From contig OU015568.1 in NCBI GenBank assembly GCA_907165135.1, forward strand, positions 11,966,001 through 12,030,000: a stretch of DNA of 64,000 nt. Reading direction: 5' to 3'. A program made the position numbers and the translations under genes. Shown here one piece after another: positions 38,255 through 51,279 of this stretch (positions are counted from its first letter, which is position 1; each line of letters begins with the position of its first letter). Source of the stretch: Oikopleura dioica (Eukaryota; Animalia; Chordata). A model generated the notes under the pieces. It did not search any database. It saw only the letters and a list, made by a program, of their open reading frames with translations, and was not told the DNA's origin.

Positions 38255-38634
38255 CTAAATACCCATCGTCGCGTAGCGCTTCCTGCGCTCTTCTTTGTAA
38301 ATTTCAATTCGGCGGGCTTCTTGTTCGGGATCGTCGAGTTTTCCGATCCAGCGGATGGTTTTTGGGTCTGCGATTATCTTCAAAGAAAAATGAATAAGAC
38401 AATAAATAAGTGCAAGATTTTCTTGAAGAAAAATCTCTTGCATAATGATTTTCGTTAAAGATTATGCTTTACCTTTTCTTTATTATCTTTTGGAAGCTCT
38501 GGCGAAGTAGAATTCGTTGTATCTGTATCTAAATTCTTCTTTTCATCCTTTTTCGATTTCTTCTTCACTCTTTTCTTGAGCTTTTTCAACCTTCGACCGC
38601 TCGAACTCGGCACCGCTGGCAAAACTGCAGGCAT
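38255..38634 (-). CDS. LIAT1-like (ligand of ATE1) small protein, 2 exons
   Basis: Poly-Lys tract followed by TIRWIGKLDDPEQEARRIEIYKEERRKRY, matching the LIAT1 domain pattern SLRW.G.L.DP.AE..RI..YK.NRRKRY. Start codon inferred. Confidence 0.7.
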
Positions 38635-38775
38635 TCTTCTTTCTCTCTAGATCTTCTTGTTCTTCGGAATAAGCTCTTTTTTATCCTTTTGAGAACTTTC
38701 CCTCAATTTTTCCTTCAGCTCCAGCGGCGCGGCGGGGAGGCTCGCTGATTGGCCCGATTCGAGGCTCTTTCAGTA

Positions 38776-39056
38776 CCATGAAGTTTTACTCTTTTGGGAG
38801 AAAGCCTCTGGCCCCCTTCCCCGTATCCCGCGCAAATCAGTGTCGGGGAAGTCTAGAAAATTTCTTTAACGCTTCCTTGGCGGTTTAAAAGAATCTCGAG
38901 ATTCTGAAGAACAGAATCTGGAAAGTCCGAGCCAATAACAATGGTTTGCGCGGCTTCTCCCCCAAATTAGGCGCGCCCAGAATGAGCTACTGAAAAAGTC
39001 AGTGCATTTTTCAGTAGCTCAGATTCTCGATCTCCCTTTAGAGCTCAACTCCATGG
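38776..39056 (+). mobile_element. 281-bp MITE with TA target duplication (Tc1/mariner-like), copy 1
   Basis: TA|CCATGAAGTT...AACTCCATGG|TA; inverted copy at 49366-49646. Confidence 0.85.
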
Positions 39057-39630
39057 TATTTCTTCAACGCGAAGACCATAATGATTTTGACAAGAAGGTT
39101 CTGGAAATTCTAGCGCCGAGAAATTAGCCATAAATGTGTCCTTTTCCCCTGACTCATGTGTGAAAATGTTTTAAAATTTTTTTCCTCGGTGACTTTGTTT
39201 TGATAAAATATTCTCTCAAACAATGTTTTCATTATAAAATGTTCAAACAATTGTTACTTCTGTTATTGCAGGCTTGTCATTATGGGAATTCAGACAATAC
39301 TCTAATAACTTATTACTAATATTATTACTAAGTAATAAGAATTGAATATTTAAATTACATAAATCTGTATGTTAAAATAATTAAACATGTTTATTAAATG
39401 TTCCAAAAATTTCTTCAATGAATTCTTTGATGTTCATTAATGCGTTCCTCAGAAGTAGAAAGTATGAAAAATGTTTGATTGGTCGATTTTGAATTATAGA
39501 TTTTTTGGGCACGCGCCGCGCCGCCGCACACCAAAATGAGCCACCACTTTTGCCAACTGTGAACCTTTCTATTTCCCAAAGAATCAACATTTGAGAAGAA
39601 GAAGAGAAAGAAAAATCAAATCAGAAACAA

Positions 39631-42600
39631 ATGGAGTGGTTTGAATCTACGAAACACAGGGTCAGGCTCTGGGTAGCCGAGAAGTTTCCTACTCTTCATG
39701 AACAAGTGAGTGACAGTCTTTAAAATCGTCAAAATTAATCATCATTTTCTTAGGCACAAGTAGAAGTAAACGAGTCAAATTCGCGCAAAGTCTTTTTCCT
39801 GCACCAACTCCCCCCTGGCGAGGAGCAACCTTCAGTCCGAATCGACAATACGATTTCTTCAAACAAATACACCATCATAACATTTCTTCCTCATAATTTA
39901 TTCGAACAGGTAGAGATCTCGATTCCGGATGAATTTCTGAAGCATTTTTAGTTTCATCGAGTTGCGAATTTCTATTTTCTATTTATTTTCATCATGGAAG
40001 TCGTGATGGATTCGCCTGTTTCGCCGTATACCTCTGGTCTTCCGCTTTCCTTCGTCGTCTGTATCACTGCAATTAAGGTACGCCAATAGACAATTCGAAA
40101 ATAAACCCTTTCTTTAGCAAGCTTATGAAGATTACCTTCGTTACCGCGAAGACAAGAAGGAAAACAACAAGCTGATTTACGTAGTCCGCAGCGGCGTTCT
40201 CGTCCAAGACCGTTGCATGAACATACGCCCGGGTATAACACTCATTTTCCATATTCTACTCATCTAATATGCTCTTGATATAGGCGATATTGTGCGCGTG
40301 AGTGAAGGCGAAACAGTCCCAGCGGATTTGGTCTTGATTTCTTCCAGCGATCCGACTTATCATGCTTATTATAGGTAACAAACAAAAGGGGACAAAGCAC
40401 AGATTAGAGATTTAATACTGTTTATAGCACAGCCGCGCTGGATGGCGAGTCGAATCTAAAAGAAGCCTCGGCGCTGAAAAAGACACAGTTTTTCAATACT
40501 CCGGCTGAAATTACGCAGATCCGATGCTATTGCGAAGTTCAAGGTAGATTTTCCCCTTCGAAACAGATCTTTCAAGATACAAAATCGAAGCCACTTCCGG
40601 CTTCGTGTGATGAAAGAACGAATTCCTAAACGGCTCCACGAAAATTTTCTCTTTTCGGCGACAAAAATTTATTCTAGCGCCGAATCCCGAGCTGTATCGT
40701 TTCGCAGGACGAGCTGTTTTCAACTATGGAGTCGGAGGCGAAAACGAAGAGATCTTTCCCTAACTCCAGATCAGTTCATCTTCCGCGGATCGATTTTGCG
40801 TAATACAGAATGGATTTATGGCCTGGCCGTGTATACTGGTGTTGAAACGAAGATGGTACAGAATTGGAAGGGAAAGCGGCAGAAGAGATCGAGCGCCGAG
40901 TTGTCGATGAATCGCTTTTTAATGTTTTACCTTATTTTGTTGTTTTCGTTGTCTGGATTATCTCTTTTCGTGGAGGGGATTTGGAACATTGGGCGGAGCG
41001 AAGAGTGGTACCGTATTCTTCTTGAACCGACGACTACTGGAGCTACTTTGGTCACTTTCTTTTCCTTTCTTGTCATATATAACTACGTCATCCCGATTTC
41101 TCTGTATGTAACAGTAGAAATGCAACGATTCGTCTCTGCTTTCTACATTTCCTGGGATGAAAGGTTTGCCTATAAAGCTGCGGACGGAGAAGAACTGCGA
41201 GCGAAGGTAAATTGCTCGGATATAAATGATGAGCTGGGACAAATTAAATTCCTGCTGTCGGATAAAACCGGAACGCTGACTGAAAACGAAATGAATTTGA
41301 AAAGCTGTTCGATTGGTGGGGTGAGGTTTGATCTTGTAGGAAAGGTTTATTTTATCTCCTAATAACACTGGAAGTTATGCAAACCCTAACGGATCATTTC
41401 AAGAAAAAATTCAAATTACATTTTTGAATGAACTTTAGAACGAAATGCTCTACTTATCTATCTTCGAGATGATCGCTATCAGTAAAAGTACAAAGCATGA
41501 AAGTAAAAAGACTTCCAGCCGAGTCATATTTTTATTTGAACCTTCAAAAGGAAATCAACTCGTCCGCGCGGACACCAAAGCCGAGCTGCTCCCCCACCAC
41601 GACCCCGCCGTTTACCAATTCTTCCTCGCCATGGCGCTTTGCCACACTGTTCAAGCCAAAGTCGACCGAAAGCCAAAGTTCACCTCTCCCGAAGCTCAAG
41701 CGGGCGATTCCTTCACTCTTTCTCCCGCCAAACTCAACATACAGTACTCTGCCTCCAGTCCCGACGAGTTGGCGCTTGTCGAAGCGGCCAAAAACCTCGG
41801 AGTGGCGTTCACCGGAGCAAGCGAAGAATCCCCAAATATGATTCAAGTTCAAACATGTACAAAAGCTAGAAAATTCAGCGTAGAAGATGTCATCGAGTTT
41901 ACATCAGCGAGAAAACGTCAATCTGTTATTCTCAAGGATGAAAATGGCGTTTATCTTATCCTGACTAAAGGAGCTGATAGTCATGTGCTCCCACTAGTCA
42001 CACAGGGCCCAGTAAAGCAAATTGAGAACAGTGTGCTAGAATTTTCTATGGACGGATTCAGGACGCTTATTTTGTGCAAAAAGCTCGTAACTCAGGAAGA
42101 AGGAGACCGACTTGTGAAATCTTTATCCGAAGCAAAGTCGATCGTAAACGACGCTGTGCGAAATAAAGCACTAGAATCGATCTACGACGAAATCGAGTCA
42201 GACCTTCAGTTGATGGGAGCAACTGCAGTGGAAGATAAGTTACAGACAAATGTAGCATCAACGATGGCGAATTTGCGAGAAGCTGGAATTTTCGTATGGG
42301 TTCTGACTGGAGACAAGGAAGAAACTGCCTTAGCTGTTTCAAGAATGGCAAGACATATTGATTCATCGACGAAGATTCTAAAAATCGAAGGCGAAAATAC
42401 GACAGAAATTGGAAGATCCATCGCCGATGCGATTCGTCAACTCTCTCCTGGAAGCGAATTCGGTGGACCGATCAGGAAAAATTGCGGGCGCGGATGGGCG
42501 CTTGTCATTCCTGGCGCTGTCGTTTCCGTTGCGATCAGAGATCACAAAAAGATTCTTCAGACTTTGCTTATTCAAATCCGTCCGGAATCAGTTATTTGCT

Positions 42601-45214
42601 GCCGAATGGCGCCAATTCAGAAGGCTCAAATAGTGAAACTCGCAAGAGCACATGAAACTGGCAATGATCTGACCCTCGCAATCGGTGACGGGGCTAATGA
42701 TGTATCGATGATTCAAGAGGCCCATGTTGGTGTCGGCATTTTCGGTTAAAAACAGATTTATTTTTTGTTTTCATCATCATCTTTTAGGAAAAGAAGGACG
42801 AGCTGCTGCTCAAAATGCAGATTATGCTATCCCTCGATTTTGCCATCTGGAAAGGCTTCTTCTCTTCCATGGGAGAATGTTCTACGACCGTCTTGGTAAC
42901 CTGATTCAGTACTTTTTCTACAAGGTATTCCTCCATCAATAATTGAACAACCACTAACATCGCTAAGAACCTGACATTCGTTCTCCCACAAATTCTCTTC
43001 CAGCTCCAATGTGGCTTTTCCCAAACAACCCTCTACGATGGCATCTATCTAACAATGTACAACACGGCCTTCACTGCATTCCCAGTGCTGTTCTACGGAA
43101 TTCTTGAAAGAAATCTACCTGAAGAATCTGTCGAGAAAAAGCCACACATTTACAAAGACAACGCAAATAATAAGTAAGTTTGGTTTGAGTCAGTTTGTGG
43201 CAAAATGGGTCGGTCTTCAAGGGGGTGTAGCTCAAATGGTAGAGCGCTCGCTTAGCATGCGAGAGGTACCGGGATCGATACCCGGCATCTCCACACCTTT
43301 TGCTTTTGCTGATAAGAAGTAGTTACTGATAAGAGTCGACCTCCTTAATTTATACTACTGTTTCCTCTTTTCAATGAATAAGTGAGAGCTTTTGCATCAT
43401 TTTTCCGACAAAAATGATTCAGAGGAAATTATAATGAATTAAATGATTTCACAGTCTCATCAGTTCTACTGACAGCAGCAAATCATTATCAGTAAAACTA
43501 AAAGGTGTGGAGATGCCGGGTATCGATCCCGGTGCCTCTCGCATGCTAAGCGAGCGCTCTACCATTTGAGCTACACCCCCTTGGGGGGATGGCAACAGTG
43601 CCCCTATGATAGCGGCCCTATCTGTAACTTGCTAATTGTCTTCATTTAGGCATTTGTCCATGAGAGCGTTTGTTCGCTGGACCGTCGAAGGTTTCCTTCA
43701 TGGATTGATAATTTATTGTTGGTCTTCGATCTACTACCACGGCAGGCCGTCGGACAACTTCCAGTTTGGTATTGGCTGCTACACGAGCATTGTTCTTGTG
43801 GTCACAGCTAGACTCGCTGTTGAGACGTCTTGCTGGACGTGGCTAACGCATTTGGTTCTCTGGGGCACTATCCTTAGGTTTGAATGGCTCGCTGGACCGG
43901 GCGATATTATTCTCTTTTTTTAGCTACTTCATCTTCGCATTCATTTACTCCTCCACTGTCTGGAGCTTCTCCGCCCATGGCGGCAACGTCTACTGGCTGA
44001 TGCAGCGTCAGTGGGGCTCCGCATACACCTGGCTTCTCATACCCATCATGCTTGTAATTTGCATTTTGCCCATTATTGCCCAAAAAACCTTCATGAACGA
44101 ACTCTTCCCCAGCGAGACGCACATCGAAATGGTAATTTTTCAAGTCAAATTTTTATCAGAAAAAAGCTCATTTTAAAAACTTTTAAAATGAAGGAAAAAA
44201 AGGCGAATCGTTTGTAGAGTAGAATCATTTCGGTGTTTGTCAAAAAGACGGAAATTGTTAAATTCAGCGTCAGGTGAACATCCAGTCCTCTCACGAAGAC
44301 TACACGATATCTCCAGTTTACCAGCTCAATCGCCTCATCCGCTGGTGGCAAAGAAAACGCGGCCACGAAGATGCCCAGCCTATACCTATCCACCAAAGTC
44401 AATCTTATGACGGTATTTTCTGTAGGTCTGACGATATGAACAGATTTGGCATTTAAAAAGAATTAACTAGATTCGGAACTAGAAAGATGAATTTAAAAAA
44501 CTTTTTGCAGGCAAAATTCTGACTTGGTCTGATTTGTAGCCCTATAGAAAGCCCGTAAAATTTCGAGTCGATTCGACCAAGTCGTTTTTGAAATTTTCTA
44601 GAGAATGACGTCACAAATGACGTCAGAAAATTCCAAAAAGCCGAAACTTTGAGTCTTATTTTTACAGTGTTCCTGATCGAATTTTTCGGTGTTCTATAGC
44701 ACAAATGAAAGCTTATTAAAAACTGTACTAAGGTTTTAAGGATTAGGAAAAAAAATTTGAAAAATTTGGCTCTAGAATTTTCCGAAAAAAAAATTTCGAG
44801 CAAATGAAAATCCAAGAAAAACCTTAGTACAGTTTTTCATAGGGATCAATTTGAGCTATAAAACATGAGAAAATTCCGTCAAAAAGGCCCAGGAAAAGTG
44901 ACTCAAAGTTTGCCCGAAACGGCTATTTTTGCCAACTTCTAGCGTCATTTATGACGTCATCGTCTGATTGTTTTGGTCTGAAACTAGTCCAGTCGACTCA
45001 GAATTTTACGGGCTTTCTGATGAATATAAAAACAGGCAAAGTCAGGATTTTGCCTGCAAAAAGTTTTTTAAATTCATCAAAGCATCGTAGTCAGAACCTA
45101 GAGAAAAGCCCGTCCATCAGAGTTCATTAAATTCCGAGTCGCTTTTCCAAATTTAGGCTCACCTACACTTCTTCAACGAAAAGACCAAATAGGCATGATC
45201 TTCATCTATTGTGA
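39631..45214 (+). CDS. ATP11: P4-ATPase phospholipid flippase, ATP11 class (3' exon uncertain)
   Basis: [75 protein letters not shown]. Confidence 0.92.
43221..43293 (+). tRNA. tRNA-Ala(AGC), intronic in ATP11
   Basis: GGGGGTGTAGCTCAAATGGTAGAGCGCTCGCTTAGCATGCGAGAGG...CATCTCCA cloverleaf; T4 tract downstream. Confidence 0.96.
43508..43580 (-). tRNA. tRNA-Ala(AGC), inverted copy
   Basis: Reverse complement of 43221-43293 with one substitution; T4 tract downstream. Confidence 0.96.
44486..45078. mobile_element. 593-bp foldback MITE with GATGAATT termini, in the last ATP11 intron
   Basis: 32-bp perfect TIR GATGAATTTAAAAAACTTTTTGCAGGCAAAAT with internal symmetry (AAACTGTACTAAGGTTTT / AAAACCTTAGTACAGTTT). 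Confidence 0.88.
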
Positions 45215-45471
45215 GCATTTACTCGTTCAGTACTCTCTCTCTCTCTAGCGTGACAGTAGTTGCTGATGTATAACATACGCATTCATTTTCTTCAACCTGC
45301 ATTATTTCTACTAGTATTTCATTTTTTTCTGAAACTGTACTCAATGGATAACAAAAAAATATAACTTCGTGAAACTACGGTATTCAAAATTGATTTGTTC
45401 TCCTTACAGTGAGGTTTTTTGCAATCGAGTCGGGATGAAATAAGACTTTGCAGGAGCCTGAATTTAAAAAA

Positions 45472-47287
<1,816 letters not shown>

Positions 47288-47408
47288 ATGCAATTCGTCA
47301 TTCAATTATTTTCTTTTACTATCGTTTTACAGCTTCATTTAACTCTGCACTTGACACAATACAAAGAATAATGTTCAAAAATACTTTACGCGTTGACTTT
47401 AGAATAAG

Positions 47409-48078
47409 ATGGGAGTAACAGTTGTCTTTCAATGGGAGCTTGTCGATGGGCAAACCCACCAGCAAGCAATTCAAGAGCTACACGGAAGAATCAACAATAC
47501 AGGAGCAGTGCAAGAGGGGAAGTTTTACTATGAATCGAAATTCTACCAAGCGTCTGATTCTTCCACTACTCGAGGGAAAGTCTTGAGCTGATAGTTAAAT
47601 CTTAATTTAAAAAGTGACTATTGAAGACTTTTTCTAAAGATTTTTACACACTGAAGACTTCGGAATACCCGGTTACCGTCTTTGCCAGAGTAGATGATTC
47701 GACAAAAGTATGATCTCAAAAATGAGTAAAAAGGAACATTTTATTAGGATAAAAATTCGTGTATCCAATGCGATAGCCCGATGGAAAGTCTACTAATCAA
47801 ACTCCGCGAGTTTTTCACACCGAAACGAACTTTCGAAATCAGAGGAACAAGATTCAAACTTGCGGACTTTTGGATAAGACCTGGAATCGTCACGAGTAGT
47901 GGATCGAATAAATGTGTTACGGTTGAAATTGAATACACTCCAAGCGTAAGTTCCATGATTCGCTTTTCTAAGAGATTATATTTTCTTTTAGTACTTTGCT
48001 GATGATTGCTGGCCTTTGTTCTCTGAGCTTGGGTCGTATATTCTGAACCGGCCGATTGATGAGAAACCGCCGACATGA
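47409..48078 (+). CDS. MED20: Mediator subunit 20 (3' end uncertain)
   Basis: MGVT.V...GAVQEGKF, SEYP, EIRGTRFKLADFWIRPG, VEIEYTP...DCWPL. Confidence 0.85.
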
Positions 48079-48168
48079 ACGGATTATGAAATTTAAGAGG
48101 CAAAGAATTTTTTTGAATATTATATTTACAGGGATCATTGAACAGACAGACAGATATACATTAATAAG

Positions 48169-48516
48169 TTACTCAGAGTCAGAAGCGCTGCCAACAGAAT
48201 TGGCTTTAGTATTTGGGCTGGCTTTTCGAAGTCGGATTCGTCGGTTCTGGAACCAAACTTTGACGGTGTTGATTTCAAGGCCGAGCTGACTGGCGAGATT
48301 GTGTCGTTCTTGACCAACAAGATATTGGCATTTGTTGAATGCGATTTCGAGCTGCTCGAGTTGGAACTTGCTGAAAACGGTTCGCTTGCGAGATCTCGAC
48401 GATTTCTTTTCAGAAGTGTTTGGAAGTGGGAGGTTGTATTCAGTCGAAAGCCCGAGAATTCTGTCGATTCCAAAAGCGAGGTCGATGGATCGGATGGTAG
48501 TTGGAATGGTAGCCAT
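48169..48516 (-). CDS. Single-exon Not/Noto-type homeobox protein with eh1 motif (115 aa)
   Basis: FGIDRIL eh1 motif; homeodomain RKRTVF...QYLVGQERHNLA...VKVWFQNRRIRLRK. TATA-like sequence ~110 bp upstream. Confidence 0.8.
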   Translation of the reverse strand: MATIPTTIRSIDLAFGIDRILGLSTEYNLPLPNTSEKKSSRSRKRTVFSKFQLEQLEIAFNKCQYLVGQERHNLASQLGLEINTVKVWFQNRRIRLRKASPNTKANSVGSASDSE

Positions 48517-49365
48517 TTTTTCTTGAAAGCTCTTGTAGTTTTTGAAGAGTGTTGAAAGTTCGTTTCGATTTCGAGTTAATCGAGTGAGTCTGTGATTTGA
48601 TGATGAATCCAAATTCTGAGCGCGTTATAAAGGTGAGATACCGGTGGCGCCAAACTAATTTTTGCGCGACTTTGAACGAGCCCAGCTGGCGGCAATCACC
48701 CGGTGGCGCTGGGAAGATGGGCGTGATTGATATGCAGTAGCAATCACAGGAGTTCGAGAAATTGTGACTAATTACTCCCTACTGATTGCGCGCGCTGATT
48801 GCTTTGATGCGGCGTACCGCGCGGTCGAGTGCGAAATTGATCCAACAACTTTCCCAGAACAGTATTGACCCACTTTCCGATATGATTTTACGCGTACAAA
48901 TTTTTACTGGGGTATGAGTGTGAAAGTTAAATTTGAATTGCACCACAGGAAGCGTGTCCGAACATGGCGAGACTAATTGAGAAATGAAAAAATATGTTTA
49001 TTTTTTTTTTGGAATCAAGTCATAATTGACAAGAATAATTTTGTGACCACACATTGCATTTAGTTTTACAATTTTTAAAATGAAACGAGATACAGTCTGA
49101 GGAATAAACCAAACGCAGGGACAAAACTTATGCTAATTAATCCTTAATAAAGTAATGGAAAACAACAAGCAATTCAACCCTGGCATGATGGTCCAGCAAT
49201 ACGTCGAAATCTTCTCGAGAAAAGCCACCACTCAAGCAAATTTCCAACAACCGATGAAGCAAGAGCAAATTCAAGCGTACAACACGCAAATGTAGATCAA
49301 ATTCTATTCCGTTTACTGTCCACTGCCAGAGTAAACATAAACTGCTTGTTCCTTATTCATTACTA

Positions 49366-49646
49366 CCATGGAGTTGAGCTCTAAAGGGAGATCGAGAATC
49401 TGAGCTACTGAAAAATGCACTGACTTTTTCAGTAGCTCATTCTGGGCGCGCCTAATTTGGGGGAGAAGCCGCGCAAACCATTGTTATTGGCTCGGACTTT
49501 CCAGATTCTGTTCTTCAGAATCTCGAGATTCTTTTAAACCGCCAAGGAAGCGTTAAAGAAATTTTCTAGACTTCCCCGACACTGATTTGCGCGGGATACG
49601 GGGAAGGGGGCCAGAGGCTTTCTCCCAAAAGAGTAAAACTTCATGG
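49366..49646 (-). mobile_element. 281-bp TA-flanked MITE, copy 2 (inverted)
   Basis: Reverse complement of 38776-39056 with no differences seen by eye; TA on both sides. Confidence 0.85.
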
Positions 49647-49690
49647 TATATTCCTGCAATAAAATGAAATGTTGAAAATTCAGTGACAAA

Positions 49691-51084
49691 ATGAGTCGGA
49701 CTCTCGCTGGTAAGACGGTTGCTAGGCGGGCCAGGACACCGGTTAGAATGACGGAAGGCCAAAGAATTACAGAGCTCGTAAGAATTTATTTACTGGATGG
49801 TTCAAAAATAAAATAAGGGTTCTCATTCAATCGGATCTTCAATAACTCATCATATTTACTCTTCCGATCGTTTTCGCCCAGAACCTCTGATCGCACCAGC
49901 TCAAAAAAGAATAGTCTACGAGAACCACACTCCGACAATTCTTGCTCACAAAATGGAGGAATCATTTCACGAAAAACTCGAAGCTGCCCGAGCGAAACTT
50001 GTCTTTGGCCAAATCCGTGCAATTGTTGCATTCATTATTACCACAGGAAGTTGCATGTATTTTTATTTGAAATACACTGGCGAAAAGCAAAAGGAACGAA
50101 TTTCAAGAACTGCTTCGGATATTGGTCGTGGAGCTCTTAGGCGCGGATTTGAAATATGAAAACATTTTTATTAAAAATTATTGATTTACATCCGCGATAA
50201 AGCAATCAAGAACTAGTGGAGCAGGCGAATAAACTCTCCCTGAACATCGTGCACGGGGTTCTTAATGACCCCAAAATTAGGTCAGAAGTGACGAGATTAC
50301 TCTCCGACGTTGTGCAATCCGGTCAAGTTACAGGCATCGGCCGGCCAAATCTCCAAAATCCCAATTTCGAAGACGATAAGCAATTAAGCTACTGTTGCCA
50401 TTATTCGGGCTGAAAGATTTGTCGATCGAAATGATGAGAATCGTCGCTTATCCTTGTAAATAAAATCCTGAATGATCCAAACATTCAACAATCAGTGGGC
50501 GCCTTGCTGCATGACCAACTTTTGAAAGCACTCGCAGACGAGAAGATCCAATTAGCCGTCCAGCGACTTGTCAAGGATGTTTTTCTGTCGGAATCCATCA
50601 CGGAAACCGTAAAAACCGTACTTGGCGACGCTCTGGTCAGTGATTATGTGAAATCAGCGGCCACGGCGGCAGGAACTCATGCGACTCAAGGCAAAGGTCA
50701 CAATTAACAAAATGTAGAGTCTGCCTCGGTTTTGGGGACCCATTCTACCGATAACCGGAAACGATTTTATTTGACCCATTTAAAAGCAATCATCGCCGAC
50801 CAATCGGTGCAAGACAATTTGTCAGGTACCTATTCTACGAACTTTCGCCCTTTGAAGCTCGCTTTTATCTCTAATTACGATCATCAGATGCGATTTATGG
50901 TGCATTGAAACCGTGGCGATCGCGATCCCCGCGGCAAGTTATTACACCTTCGCCCGCGCGACCCGCCAAGAAAGCTGATGCTATCGATGAAACAGATACT
51001 GTCACTGATAAAAGAAGTTCTGCTGCAAGGACGCCCGCCGCGCGCGTTCAAAGCGAGCCGACACCCGAGCCGAGGATCGACTGA
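49691..51084 (+). CDS. Unknown single-TM protein with helical L.D..I...V repeats, possibly mitochondrial
   Basis: Chain of spliceable exons: Arg-rich N-terminus, TM IRAIVAFIITTGSCMYFYL, repeats VLNDPKIRSEV / ILNDPNIQQSV / ALADEKIQLAV / IIADQSVQDNL. Confidence 0.6.
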
Positions 51085-51279
51085 CAAGTTCAAACACATA
51101 AATCGCACCCATTAATCGGTTGTTCAATAATTTCATGGCTATAAATTAGGCTCTGAATCACACTATCTCTACGGGATATTTCTACTACCTCCTATCAAGC
51201 CTCCTTTCAAGTTCACACCGAGTTCAAAATCGATACCTTCATGTACCAAGACAATTCTAACCGGAAATCGAGCTTTAGT

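Noticed and set aside
41340-41550. Second introner-like intron in ATP11 (partial IRs GAAAGGTT/AACCTTC and CTGGAAGT/ACTTCCAG)
   Set aside because: The symmetry is too degenerate and an alternative GT-AG splicing solution exists.
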